Of a DNA stretch of 64,000 bases, positions 18,711 through 28,731 are shown piece after piece (position 1 is the first letter of the stretch; the number at the start of each line of letters is the position of its first letter). The DNA comes from a virus, in IMG/VR virus record IMGVR_UViG_3300022751_000016, positions 64,001 to 128,000 of that record; one strand, 5' to 3'. The notes under the pieces are model-generated. The model saw nothing but the letters and a program-made list of their open reading frames with translations. It searched no databases and was not told the DNA's origin. Position numbers and translations under genes: made by a program.

Positions 18711-19220
18711 TTGGTAATAGATAGAGTATGGGCAATGCCAAGTAAGAATACATTTGATATAAAACCTATCAAAGAGTTAATAGAGAGGTATAATGCAGAC
18801 ATAAATAAACTAAGTGTAGACCCCTTTGCCAATAAAAATAGAATAGCAAACGTTACAAATGATTTAGACCCTCAATATGATACCACTTACAATATAGATG
18901 CTATAGATTTCTTAAAATTGTTTAAAGATAGTTCGGTCGATTTAATTCTTTTCGACCCGCCATATTCTCCAAGACAAGTTTCAGAGTCTTACAAGAAATT
19001 AGGAATGTCTGTTAATATGCAAACTACACAATCTAGTTTTTGGGGAAATCTTAAAAAAGAAGTTGGTAGAGTAACTAAGAAAGATGGAGTTGTCATATCA
19101 TTTGGTTGGAATTCAGGCGGAATGGGTAAATCAAACGGTTTTGAAATTATTGAAATATTATTAGTACCTCACGGCGGAAACCACAATGATACTATAGTAA
19201 CAGTAGAAAGAAAATTATAA
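18711..19220 (+). CDS. Small amino-DNA methyltransferase (N6-A/N4-C)
   Basis: VDPFA (motif I-like) and FDPPYS (motif IV). Confidence 0.82.
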   Translation: MVIDRVWAMPSKNTFDIKPIKELIERYNADINKLSVDPFANKNRIANVTNDLDPQYDTTYNIDAIDFLKLFKDSSVDLILFDPPYSPRQVSESYKKLGMSVNMQTTQSSFWGNLKKEVGRVTKKDGVVISFGWNSGGMGKSNGFEIIEILLVPHGGNHNDTIVTVERKL

Positions 19221-19222
19221 TT

Positions 19223-19477
19223 ATGGTAAAAGGAAAAATCACTTTCGACATGTCAGACCCAGATGACAGAAAAGCTTATTTAAGATGTTTTAAATCATTA
19301 GATATGGCTTTAGTACTTTGGAAATTTTCGCGGCAAACAAAGAAAGAAATAGAACAAGAGTTTGAAAATAACACTATGGCAAATGAAGATGCTTATAGTG
19401 GTGCTCAACAAGTTTTTAATAAATTTAATGAGTTGTTGGATGAATATGGGATAAATATTGAGGAACTTGTAGATTAA
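19223..19477 (+). CDS. Hypothetical protein
   Basis: Packed ORF. Confidence 0.75.
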   Translation: MVKGKITFDMSDPDDRKAYLRCFKSLDMALVLWKFSRQTKKEIEQEFENNTMANEDAYSGAQQVFNKFNELLDEYGINIEELVD

Positions 19478-19618
19478 AAAGCATGAAAAAAATTTCTAGA
19501 GTGGAAGTAATTGACCACAGTAAAGATGGTGAAGGAAGGGCTTATATTAAACGAGGTAATTTTGAAGTGGAGATACAAGTTCAAGATGATGGTAAAACTT
19601 TGAAAATTTTTTTGTCAG

Positions 19619-20206
19619 ATGGAGAACATTAACTTTGAGCTATATAAAAAGTATCAGTTAGAAGCATCTGATTTATTCTATCTTTTCGCCGCAAAACAAG
19701 TTAAAAAAGAGGTATTGGAGCATATACCACAAGATGTTTTAAAGCGTTTAGAGATATCATATCTAATAAAAAGTATAAAGGGTTCAGCAAAAGAAAATCC
19801 TCTCCATAAACTAAGAATAACAGATAAAGGAAAAAAACTACTAGTTGAGCCAATTGGAGGTGAAGATGAAGACAAGCTTTTTATGTGGTTAGCTAATTAC
19901 TACACGGAAAGAGGTAAGGAGATAGGAAATCCCAATAGAGTGAAGAAGCTTTTATTATGGTTCAAACAAGAAACAGGTATAGAGAAGAATGCGTTAGTAA
20001 AACTTTTTATGCATTTTTTAAATGATGATTATGTTAATGAAGAGTCTCGAGTATTGGAGTTTACACTGTTTTATCCTAAGAAATTTACAACAGACAAAGG
20101 AAAATCTATAGCTTATGAAGCAAAACCTGATATTTTTGACTCTTGGCTCTACAAACACTACCTTAAATATAAAGAGGAATTAGACCCCATATTAGAAATA
20201 GAATAA
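19619..20206 (+). CDS. Hypothetical protein, possible winged-helix replication factor
   Basis: LRITDKGKKLL wing motif; directly upstream of helicase. Confidence 0.5.
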   Translation: MENINFELYKKYQLEASDLFYLFAAKQVKKEVLEHIPQDVLKRLEISYLIKSIKGSAKENPLHKLRITDKGKKLLVEPIGGEDEDKLFMWLANYYTERGKEIGNPNRVKKLLLWFKQETGIEKNALVKLFMHFLNDDYVNEESRVLEFTLFYPKKFTTDKGKSIAYEAKPDIFDSWLYKHYLKYKEELDPILEIE

Positions 20207-20221
20207 CATATAAAACTTACA

Positions 20222-21343
20222 ATGCAAATACAGAAATTTAAAGACCTAACAGAACAAGCTTTTACAGAAATAAAAAAGTACCAGACAGGACAAAAAGGTA
20301 TAGTAAAAACAGGACTTCCGTATTTCGACGATTTGTTTCCAGTTGTAAATGGTTCAGTTATTGTGTATTCTGCGGGTTCTGGAATAGGTAAGAGTTTTCA
20401 GTTAGCTAAAATGACGGATAACATTTTAAATAAGGAGTTGAATCCTACGTGTGATGATTTTGTGGTTTTACATATTTCATTAGAAATGCGAGTCATGTCT
20501 CTGATTTTAAGAGGATTATCCAAAAATATTAAAGCTAAAACAAAAAAACAGATTCTTTTAGAAGAGTTTACAGAAGAAGAAAAAGAGCTTGCTAATAAAT
20601 ATTTCATTTCCCTGCAAGATGATAGAGTGAGTATTTCGCAAGTACCTACTACACCTAAAAAATTTTATGAAGGGTGTAAACAATATTTAGAAGATAACAA
20701 ACACCGAGCATCAGCTATCATAACTGTTGACCATTTAGCTCTCGTACAAGGGGATAATGGAGAACCAAAAAATAGTGTTATTGAACACTTTATTGAAAAG
20801 ATTGTAGACTTAAAAATGCAATATGAGAATGCTATATTTATACTCTTATCTCAAACTAATTCAGAAATGGCTAAAAGGGCGGCAGATAAGAATATAATGT
20901 CACAACCTACTGCCAGTGATATCTATTATTCACAGTTTACTTTTCAGGTTGCAGATTATGTAGCTATTATGATTAGTCCAATGAAACTCGGAATAAAGGA
21001 GTATTCAAAGATTGACCCTGAACGTTATCCTAATTTAAGTAAATACTTTTTAGAGGAAGATAAGAATGGTCGTGTTTCATTAGAGACGTATTCTGTTAAT
21101 TATGTACACTTACTAAAATGTCGCGAGGCGGAAGGTTTATATTTAGATATCTATGCAGAGGAGATGTATATACCAAACGCAGAAAAAGAACGAGAAGCAA
21201 GAAAAAAAGAAAACAAACCTAAATTCTCCACCTCAATACCAGTTTTTAACACCACTATAGAAATAGAAAAAATGCCTCCTGTAACTTTGAAAAGTTTAAA
21301 CGATGCTTTTGACATACCGAAAACTAAAGATGAGCCATTCTAA
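20222..21343 (+). CDS. dnaB: DnaB-like SF4 replicative helicase
   Basis: AGSGIGKS, SLEM, VDHL, LLSQ, KCRE. Confidence 0.88.
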   Translation: MQIQKFKDLTEQAFTEIKKYQTGQKGIVKTGLPYFDDLFPVVNGSVIVYSAGSGIGKSFQLAKMTDNILNKELNPTCDDFVVLHISLEMRVMSLILRGLSKNIKAKTKKQILLEEFTEEEKELANKYFISLQDDRVSISQVPTTPKKFYEGCKQYLEDNKHRASAIITVDHLALVQGDNGEPKNSVIEHFIEKIVDLKMQYENAIFILLSQTNSEMAKRAADKNIMSQPTASDIYYSQFTFQVADYVAIMISPMKLGIKEYSKIDPERYPNLSKYFLEEDKNGRVSLETYSVNYVHLLKCREAEGLYLDIYAEEMYIPNAEKEREARKKENKPKFSTSIPVFNTTIEIEKMPPVTLKSLNDAFDIPKTKDEPF

Positions 21344-21356
21344 ACCTACTAATATG

Positions 21357-21388
21357 TTCCCATTTGTTAATTCAGGTGGGAATTTTTT
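21357..21388 (+). terminator. Intrinsic terminator
   Basis: TTCCCATTT/AGGTGGGAA hairpin plus T6. Confidence 0.75.
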
Positions 21389-21429
21389 CTGCGAAAATAA
21401 GTGCAACGAGAAAATATTTGCAGAAAAGT

Positions 21430-21460
21430 TTTGTATAGTGGAAAATTAATGTTACATTTG
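21430..21460 (+). promoter_or_regulatory. Promoter TTTG-N19-TACATTTG
   Basis: Consensus match. Confidence 0.8.
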
Positions 21461-21486
21461 CCTTATAAATAATTAAAACATAGTGC

Positions 21487-22314
21487 ATGAAAAATATACA
21501 TTTATTAAAAACTGATAAACCAAGTAGGTTATTTATAATAGATAAAAGTAAAATGTTTAAATCAGAAGCTCCTTATTTATCTTTTTCGACTGTAGGTGGT
21601 AGAGTACATAAGGTAGAAGGTTCAGAACTGTATCAACCTCAAAATATGTATATCACGTCTGATGAGGATATTAAAGAGCCTTGTTGGTGCGTAAATACAA
21701 TAAAAAATACATGGACTAAAGACATAATATACTATCAAGGAGCAATGCCAGCTTATCATTTTGTGGGATTTAAGAAGATAGTATTAACAACAGATGAAGA
21801 TTTAATTAAGGATGGAATTCAGAAAATTGAAGATGAATTTTTAGAATGGTTTGTTAAAAATAGCGATTGTGAATTTGTAGATGTTGAAAAAATGTTACAA
21901 ACTAGACATGGAATAGATTGGTATGATTTGCCAAATCAAAAAGAAGGTAGAGAAGTTGATGGTATTTACCGTATAACTTACAAATTAAATATTCCTAAGA
22001 AAGACGAATGGATATCACCTATGCAAAAGTTTAAAAAGAAAAACATCATAGATACTTGGCTTGAAAAGAACGGCAACCCAGAAATAGAGAAGCAAGTTGA
22101 ACTACAAGCAGCATCTCTTCTATTTACCAGATTACCAAAAGTATCCACTGTTCGTGACGGATTTGTTGAAGGAGCAACTTGGATGGCTGAGAGGACGTAT
22201 TCGGAAGAGGAAGTTGTTAATTTGTTAGTGAAATGTTCAGAATGGCAATTACCACAAGCAGAAGAAGATATAGTGAAAATTAAGGAGTGGTTTGAAAATA
22301 ATAAAAAGAATTAA
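21487..22314 (+). CDS. Hypothetical protein, Flavobacterium-phage family (MKNIH..TDKPSRL ... KKI.LTTD..LI.DG.Q.I.DEFLEWFVKN)
   Basis: Recognisable motif. Confidence 0.8.
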   Translation: MKNIHLLKTDKPSRLFIIDKSKMFKSEAPYLSFSTVGGRVHKVEGSELYQPQNMYITSDEDIKEPCWCVNTIKNTWTKDIIYYQGAMPAYHFVGFKKIVLTTDEDLIKDGIQKIEDEFLEWFVKNSDCEFVDVEKMLQTRHGIDWYDLPNQKEGREVDGIYRITYKLNIPKKDEWISPMQKFKKKNIIDTWLEKNGNPEIEKQVELQAASLLFTRLPKVSTVRDGFVEGATWMAERTYSEEEVVNLLVKCSEWQLPQAEEDIVKIKEWFENNKKN

Positions 22315-22504
22315 CTTATGAAATATTTTATAGGACTATATTTAGTAATATTAGGAATGCATGGAATGATTCTAGTTATGTTTACAATGGTACTTAATTT
22401 AAGCATAGAAGAATTTATATTAAACTTAAAAGTTTCTTTACTTACTAGTTTATTTTTAACAATTCTATTATTTTTTCCTAGAAGTAAAAATTAAAAATAT
22501 TATT

Positions 22505-22780
22505 ATGTACAGAATGAAACACATACCAACAGGATTGTATTATCAACCTCACAAACACAGAGGAAGTCATTTATCTAAAACAGGAAAAGTTTATCAAAAT
22601 AATACGAATGGTATTGAGTCTGGAAATTACGGTTTAAAACACTTTTCTGTTTGGTGTGAAAAAGGTAGTAGAATACATAAACAAACTGAGTCTATTTTAG
22701 ATTGGCAAGAGGCTAGTTATCACAGAAATCAATTGAAAGCAGATACTAGATTTGAAGATTGGATAAGAGAAGAAATTTAA
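22505..22780 (+). CDS. Hypothetical protein
   Basis: ORF track. Confidence 0.75.
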   Translation: MYRMKHIPTGLYYQPHKHRGSHLSKTGKVYQNNTNGIESGNYGLKHFSVWCEKGSRIHKQTESILDWQEASYHRNQLKADTRFEDWIREEI

Positions 22781-22789
22781 AAATAAAAT

Positions 22790-23065
22790 ATGAGAAATAT
22801 TAAAGAATTATTGCAAATAATGTTAGACAATCAACAACTATTTGATGATGGTTTGTGCTTGTGGACTAAAATGTTATTTTTGAAAAGTAAAATTACACTG
22901 GATGAACAGATATTACTAAGAAAGTACATAAATAAAAATTCACCAAGCCCATTTTCAAGCTTAGACGCTATGATACATGCACCCTTATCCGCCTACTATT
23001 GGAAGAGAGATAGTATAAAACCACGCATAAAATGGATTGAAAAACATATAAAATGTAATTCTTAA
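22790..23065 (+). CDS. Hypothetical protein
   Basis: ORF track. Confidence 0.75.
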   Translation: MRNIKELLQIMLDNQQLFDDGLCLWTKMLFLKSKITLDEQILLRKYINKNSPSPFSSLDAMIHAPLSAYYWKRDSIKPRIKWIEKHIKCNS

Positions 23066-23069
23066 TGAT

Positions 23070-23303
23070 ATGGACGATATACAAATAATTCGGCTAAAAA
23101 AGTACAGAACAAGAAAACTATTCTCTATACTAGGAATAACATGGAACGGATATGATTTCTATATTACAGGAAAGTTCTTAGGATATGTAACAGTGATTGA
23201 AGAAAAGTTTAAATCTAGAGCAACATACTTAAATGAATATGATTATAGAATGTATTGGAGTGATTTTAAATTTTATTGGAAAGTAATTGAAATTGAAGAA
23301 TAA
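23070..23303 (+). CDS. Hypothetical protein
   Basis: ORF track. Confidence 0.65.
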   Translation: MDDIQIIRLKKYRTRKLFSILGITWNGYDFYITGKFLGYVTVIEEKFKSRATYLNEYDYRMYWSDFKFYWKVIEIEE

Positions 23304-23304
23304 T

Positions 23305-23478
23305 ATGTGGAAAGCAATAATAAATTACATAAATAGCAAGTCTTATAGATGTAAACATAATTGGGAATTAATAAATGAGGTACACGTATACGAATCTTCA
23401 GATAGTAAGTTTCCTCACACTACAAAGATGACTTACATGTGTTATAAATGTGGTAATCATAAAACTATAAAAATATAA
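23305..23478 (+). CDS. Small Zn-ribbon protein (CKHNW...CYKCG)
   Basis: C-x-H / CxxC motif; ATG 23305. Confidence 0.65.
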   Translation: MWKAIINYINSKSYRCKHNWELINEVHVYESSDSKFPHTTKMTYMCYKCGNHKTIKI

Positions 23479-23658
23479 TGTACAAATATTTAGTAACAAC
23501 AGAATTATGCACTCCTTGGTGGCTTAAACTTCTTAGATTTTTCCGTATAAAAAGTAAAAGACAAGAGTTTGAATTAGTCTTTGAAATTCCTTGGTTTGAC
23601 GTAGGAACAATCTTATTAACAAGTAGTGGTAAAGTATTAGTAATAAAAGAAATATAAT

Positions 23659-23898
23659 ATGAAAGAATATAAATTAAAAACATGGTATCCATCTTTACCA
23701 ACAGAATGGATTTTTGATGATAAAAAATTTGAATTTCCAATAATTGTAGTGGAGAGAGAAAATGCAGAAAAGTTTATTAGAGATAATAAAAAGATGTACA
23801 CTTTGAAAGATATGGTTAGGATTGCGAATCATTGGGCTTATATTAAATCAGTTACTCCAGAAGTGGCGAAAAAAGTTATAGACAAATGGAAACAGTAA
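23659..23898 (+). CDS. Hypothetical protein
   Basis: ORF track. Confidence 0.7.
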   Translation: MKEYKLKTWYPSLPTEWIFDDKKFEFPIIVVERENAEKFIRDNKKMYTLKDMVRIANHWAYIKSVTPEVAKKVIDKWKQ

Positions 23899-23917
23899 AA
23901 AAATTAAAGCGGAGCGC

Positions 23918-24157
23918 ATGAAGTTAGTAATCAACCCAGCAGAATTCGAGCATTTAGAAAATAAGTCTCACCGTAATCACAATTATTACAAAGATAAAAA
24001 CGGCATAGAAATATTAGAAATCTGTCACGAAGAATGGCATTTTTATGAATATAGGTTAATAGAAGGAGACGCTTGGACTTTCTTAGGTTCATCAGTTTAT
24101 TCTATAAGCGCAAAAGATTATGAAGTAGAGATAGATTTTAAACAGTTTTATACTTAA
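23918..24157 (+). CDS. Hypothetical protein
   Basis: ORF track. Confidence 0.7.
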   Translation: MKLVINPAEFEHLENKSHRNHNYYKDKNGIEILEICHEEWHFYEYRLIEGDAWTFLGSSVYSISAKDYEVEIDFKQFYT

Positions 24158-24161
24158 CACT

Positions 24162-25196
24162 ATGATAAATACGGTAGATAAATACAAAGATAGTTTGTAC
24201 ATTAGGTTTAATGAAAGTGGCGATATTTACAAGGGAATAACCAAAGTACCACACTATAAAACTTGGATAAAGTTATTAAATCATCTTAAGAAAAGAGGGT
24301 TCGCTATAAAAACGGCAAACTATTTTATTAGGAAAAATTGGGGATTAACATACCATAAAATAGCTATAAAAAATAATGTTGCCATATATGTAGAGTGTAT
24401 GGAGTCTCAAATACAAATTAAATTTGGAGATGTGAAAAATCTTTGGGACGATGAGCATAATTTCTGGTCTCTAACAGATAGAAGAAGTGAGCAATTGATT
24501 TACTTAGAAGCTAAGAGGGTAGAATTAGAGGTGAGTAAGCTATTGTCTTTATTTCCGAAAGATAAAATTAAGATAGAATCTACAAAAGAATTATCATCAA
24601 CAGAAAAAATTCTCAAAGATAAAAAAGAAAGTAGCCATAACAGAGATAAATCTAAGTTAGATGAATTAGGTTTGGACGGAATAGTGTATCAAATGAGTGA
24701 GTACGACCTTAATCAAAACTCAAATGACAGAGATAAGAAAAGGATTAATTGCGGAGAACTAAAATATTTTTACGATTATGATAAAAGGCTCAAATGTGGA
24801 AGAGTTTATCATCAGTTGAATAATAGATGGTATGTTTTAGCAGGTGGAGAGGTAGATTATGTTTCATCTTTTGATTTGTTTGACTATAGTAGTGAACCGC
24901 GCCGAAAACAATTAAAAACAGAAGAAAAAATAAATCGCTTGGAATCAGAGTTAAGAAAATATGAATCTAAGAAAAATTATCTACGATGCATGTCTATAAA
25001 TAAGCAAATAGATAAATTAAAATCAAATGAAAAACTTTACTATGTTTGGAGCTTAAAATGGGGTAAATGGTGGGGAGCAAATAATTCAGGATATACTTCA
25101 GATAAAAGAATGGCAGGAGTATATTTAGAGAGTAATATTTTAAGAAATCAGTCTTACTATAATGATGGAGTAAGTACAAAAGCAATTTTAGCATGA
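24162..25196 (+). CDS. Hypothetical protein
   Basis: Long ORF; C-terminal WWGANNSGYT..AGVY module. Confidence 0.85.
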   Translation: MINTVDKYKDSLYIRFNESGDIYKGITKVPHYKTWIKLLNHLKKRGFAIKTANYFIRKNWGLTYHKIAIKNNVAIYVECMESQIQIKFGDVKNLWDDEHNFWSLTDRRSEQLIYLEAKRVELEVSKLLSLFPKDKIKIESTKELSSTEKILKDKKESSHNRDKSKLDELGLDGIVYQMSEYDLNQNSNDRDKKRINCGELKYFYDYDKRLKCGRVYHQLNNRWYVLAGGEVDYVSSFDLFDYSSEPRRKQLKTEEKINRLESELRKYESKKNYLRCMSINKQIDKLKSNEKLYYVWSLKWGKWWGANNSGYTSDKRMAGVYLESNILRNQSYYNDGVSTKAILA

Positions 25197-25378
25197 CAAT
25201 AATTATTATTTACGCGATTATAGCATTAACTTGCATACTATATTTTAAGAAATATATTTTCACAGATAGTGGATTTTTCTTAAGTTTCATTACAGGACTT
25301 TTCTTCCCTGCGGCATTCTTTGTATCAATAGTTTTAATTTCAATTCATTTTTTAATAAGTTTAGTATATGAAAGATAG
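25193..25378 (+). CDS. Small membrane protein
   Basis: Two hydrophobic segments. Confidence 0.65.
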   Translation: MTIIIIYAIIALTCILYFKKYIFTDSGFFLSFITGLFFPAAFFVSIVLISIHFLISLVYER

Positions 25379-25742
25379 TAAATTAATATTTGACAAAAAA
25401 GGAGAATTTGCAATAAATTTTTCTTGGGAAAATGGTGATGATGCACATTGGATTGATTTTTCAGGTGTGGAGGTTTGTTCAGATTATATGGATGAGAATA
25501 ATCCTGAATTCATCACTTTTGATACAGGTTATGGTATATCAAGTGATTGTTTTGAATTTAAAGATGTGAAAGAAGAAGATTTATTTTTTACAGGTTTTAT
25601 AAAATGGGATGGTTGTATGGAAATACATGATTTAAACTACCATTTCTGTCATAACAATGATATTTTAAAAAGAGTTACTGATTTAATATATAAGTCGGGT
25701 AAAGAAATAATGATAAATAAAGCTGATTTTTATGAAAGATAA
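25368..25742 (+). CDS. Hypothetical protein (GFIKWDGC...HFC)
   Basis: ORF track. Confidence 0.75.
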   Translation: MKDSKLIFDKKGEFAINFSWENGDDAHWIDFSGVEVCSDYMDENNPEFITFDTGYGISSDCFEFKDVKEEDLFFTGFIKWDGCMEIHDLNYHFCHNNDILKRVTDLIYKSGKEIMINKADFYER

Positions 25743-26286
25743 TATTATTTTATGTTTGTGGATAGCTTATACTATCGGGTTTGGTTTATTTGGAGTGTAT
25801 ATTGACCAAAAGGCTGATGCTGTAGAAATGTTCGGTTTAAGCTGTCTTTTTGGTCAAATCTTATTGGGAATATATTTACTTTTAATTCTATTATTGAATA
25901 CAATGGTGGGTAAAATAAATTATAGATTTAAAATACCTCCACCTAAAAGGTTTAAAAACAAGGTAACACCTATTTACAAATTAAATGTTTATGAAGGAAC
26001 TAAAAACTGTTTCTCTATTAGTAAATATCAATTAGAGTGGGTAGATATCGACTTTTTAAATTATAGATTTTCATTAATTCCGTTTAGTGCTTTATTCCAG
26101 CGTTACAAATACGTTCCTGTAGACTTCTTCTATGAATTCGAAATGGATTTAGATGGTGTGACAGATATTGGTTTATTGTGGGAAAGTGAATACAGTAAAG
26201 AGTTGGAACTTAAATCGGCGGCACAAAAAGAAAAAGACAGAGTAAATAAACTTAATAAAGTGTTTTTAGAGAATTATGAACAATAA
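25732..26286 (+). CDS. Membrane protein (2 N-terminal TM)
   Basis: Hydrophobic N-terminus. Confidence 0.75.
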   Translation: MKDNIILCLWIAYTIGFGLFGVYIDQKADAVEMFGLSCLFGQILLGIYLLLILLLNTMVGKINYRFKIPPPKRFKNKVTPIYKLNVYEGTKNCFSISKYQLEWVDIDFLNYRFSLIPFSALFQRYKYVPVDFFYEFEMDLDGVTDIGLLWESEYSKELELKSAAQKEKDRVNKLNKVFLENYEQ

Positions 26287-26995
26287 CAACTTAGAGGTTT
26301 TTATAAAAGAATGGTTTCCTAAAACAGAAGAATGGAATAATATATCCAAGTTCATTTTAGAATCAGGGATACAAATAACAGATGATGTGAATCCTAAATG
26401 GTTAACAGGGTATACTAATATTGGTAAAAGTAGTAAGCCACATCATAAAGATGAATATACACGCTACATGGAAGAAGGCATGTTTATGCTTCACGATGTA
26501 GTTCATCAAATATTTACTTTAGATACCGAATGTTCAGAAGAGCAGTACGTTAAAAGACAAATTTATGGAGAATTATTCACTTTTTATTTAACAGAGTACG
26601 TTATTCCTAGCAGTTATGGTTTAGGAGATAAAAGAAAAGAATATATTGTTTATAATAGAGACTGTTATAATTTATTGGATTGGGTAGTATCAGAAAAACC
26701 TCGTGTTAAATACAATATTATAGATTGGATGTGGGAAGTTTTTATAGAAGATACAGATTTAAAATATATTAATAGGTTAGAAGAAGTTTATCTAGATAAA
26801 TATCGAAAAATGTTTAAAGAAGACTTGGAGAACTCAAGAAAAAATTATAAATTTGTACCTAATGGAATAAAGAATTATTGTATGGTTGGAGAGTCAAGTC
26901 AAAATCATATAGATTTCTTCTCTGCTGTTAAAAATGGCGCGATAAAAAATATAAAAAGAGATTTTAATTTAGAACTTCCTAATGAGTGGATTTAA
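26276..26995 (+). CDS. Hypothetical protein, possible metal-binding HDxxH...E
   Basis: LHDVVHQIF ... GE. Confidence 0.75.
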   Translation: MNNNNLEVFIKEWFPKTEEWNNISKFILESGIQITDDVNPKWLTGYTNIGKSSKPHHKDEYTRYMEEGMFMLHDVVHQIFTLDTECSEEQYVKRQIYGELFTFYLTEYVIPSSYGLGDKRKEYIVYNRDCYNLLDWVVSEKPRVKYNIIDWMWEVFIEDTDLKYINRLEEVYLDKYRKMFKEDLENSRKNYKFVPNGIKNYCMVGESSQNHIDFFSAVKNGAIKNIKRDFNLELPNEWI

Positions 26996-27018
26996 ATTAA
27001 AGATAAAAATAAAACAGA

Positions 27019-27354
27019 ATGGAAATAACAGAGCAATATTCATTTAATGAAGGAGAATACACAGATTACTCTCCTTACGAATGTGTCCAGTATATGATTG
27101 AACAAGATATGCCTAAAGAACATATTGTAGGGTGTAAACTAGAAATTTTAAAACTGGAACAATGTATACCATTAGGTAAAATTAAAGAAATTGTCTATGA
27201 TAATTATGATGACCGTTTTGATGAGCAAGACTATCTGAGTGATAAACTAGAAAACATCTGGAAACAGTTTGAAGAGATAAAAATGTTCTATGCCTCAGAT
27301 GAATATTACACAGTTACTGAGGAAGATTATAATGAAGTGATTAAAGATTTGTAG
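27019..27354 (+). CDS. Acidic hypothetical protein
   Basis: ORF track. Confidence 0.75.
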   Translation: MEITEQYSFNEGEYTDYSPYECVQYMIEQDMPKEHIVGCKLEILKLEQCIPLGKIKEIVYDNYDDRFDEQDYLSDKLENIWKQFEEIKMFYASDEYYTVTEEDYNEVIKDL

Positions 27355-27357
27355 GTT

Positions 27358-27750
27358 ATGGGATTTAACAATGATAAAGCATGTCAACAAATATCTGACC
27401 ACATAATATCAAAATATAATAAAATTGAAGTAAAAGCAGGAAAGTGTAAATGGAATTTCAGATGCTCATTTAACAGTGTTCACTACGCCAAGAAAAATAA
27501 ACATAAGAAAATAGCTATGTGTGTTTACATGGACGCAGATTATCCTATCATACACTTTGTAAATTACAAGAATAAAAAGTTTGTAGATAATACTTTAGGA
27601 GAATGGTCTAGCAGATATGATTACTATTTTATTCGATGGATAGAACAAGAAGACATGTGGGATGTAAATAACATTTTTCGGGCTTTTAGAAGAGAACTTA
27701 GAAATAATTTGAGTTGGTGGGTAAAATTAACGAGTGATTATGATGCGTAA
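27358..27750 (+). CDS. Possible transglutaminase/papain-like fold protein
   Basis: C (RCSFNSV), H (IIHFVN), D (FVDNT) triad spacing. Confidence 0.5.
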   Translation: MGFNNDKACQQISDHIISKYNKIEVKAGKCKWNFRCSFNSVHYAKKNKHKKIAMCVYMDADYPIIHFVNYKNKKFVDNTLGEWSSRYDYYFIRWIEQEDMWDVNNIFRAFRRELRNNLSWWVKLTSDYDA

Positions 27751-27753
27751 AAA

Positions 27754-28032
27754 ATGAGAATTCTAAAAATAACAACACTACCTCCAGCTAAAGAAGCATG
27801 GATAGATCGAGATATGATAATGCTACATGCCTGTTTTCAACTGTTAGCTGATTTTGTAGAGAAAGAAGATGGACTGAACCACTGTAATTATGAAGCTCAT
27901 AAAAAGGATATTGATGAATGTAAGGCTTTATATGATTGGTGGAAAAATGTTTATAGGATAGATATGGATTATACAATCCCTCAAGAGTATTTAGAGAGGC
28001 TGGTAAAAATCAGGTATTTTTTATGGACTTAA
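27754..28032 (+). CDS. Hypothetical protein
   Basis: ORF track. Confidence 0.75.
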   Translation: MRILKITTLPPAKEAWIDRDMIMLHACFQLLADFVEKEDGLNHCNYEAHKKDIDECKALYDWWKNVYRIDMDYTIPQEYLERLVKIRYFLWT

Positions 28033-28062
28033 TATTTTGGCGAAAAAATAAATAACAGAAGA

Positions 28063-28440
28063 ATGAAATTAATAGGCTACATAGATTACAGAGAGATATT
28101 TGAAATAGTTAAGAAAAATCACCTCAAAGAGTACCCAACAGTAGAAGAGTATATTGAAAATATGGAGGGAGTGTACCACGTAGAGGATAAGAATGCTAGA
28201 GAGATGTATGAAGCTTTCAAAATTGATTTCTCAGAGTACGACACACCAAGTTCAACAGATGACTTTGATGATTCTGTTATATTAGACTATCTTAAAAAAG
28301 ACCGTTTATTTTTAGAGTTTTCTATTGGCGGAAATGACTCTAATGAAAGTGGAGATAATTATTGGGGGTATGGGCATCAATTCACTATTAGTTTAGATGA
28401 TGAGTTATTTATTGACTATAATTTTGAGAATTATTCATAA
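28063..28440 (+). CDS. Acidic hypothetical protein
   Basis: ORF track. Confidence 0.75.
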   Translation: MKLIGYIDYREIFEIVKKNHLKEYPTVEEYIENMEGVYHVEDKNAREMYEAFKIDFSEYDTPSSTDDFDDSVILDYLKKDRLFLEFSIGGNDSNESGDNYWGYGHQFTISLDDELFIDYNFENYS

Positions 28441-28456
28441 AATCGCGCGAAAAAAG

Positions 28457-28642
28457 ATGAAAAAACAGAAATATATTCATTACAATAACAAAAAATCCTA
28501 CCTAGTCACAGATAAGTGTTTGATACAAGTGGACGATGAATGGAAGGAAGCTGTTTTATATAAGGAGGAGTTTGGCAGTCAATTATTTTGCCGAGAAGAA
28601 AAGGAGTTTTTAGAAAAATTTAAATTGGCTGAACATGAATAA
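28457..28642 (+). CDS. DUF1653-like small SH3-fold protein (start corrected to ATG 28457)
   Basis: Y.H....Y.V ... VLY ... FCR...EF.EKF. Confidence 0.65.
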   Translation: MKKQKYIHYNNKKSYLVTDKCLIQVDDEWKEAVLYKEEFGSQLFCREEKEFLEKFKLAEHE

Positions 28643-28731
28643 AGAAGAACTAGAAAGTCAAATTTCATGGATGGAGGAAGACTTAGAAAATTTAAAAGAA
28701 CAATTGAGGAAATTATTAGAGGAGTAGAGAT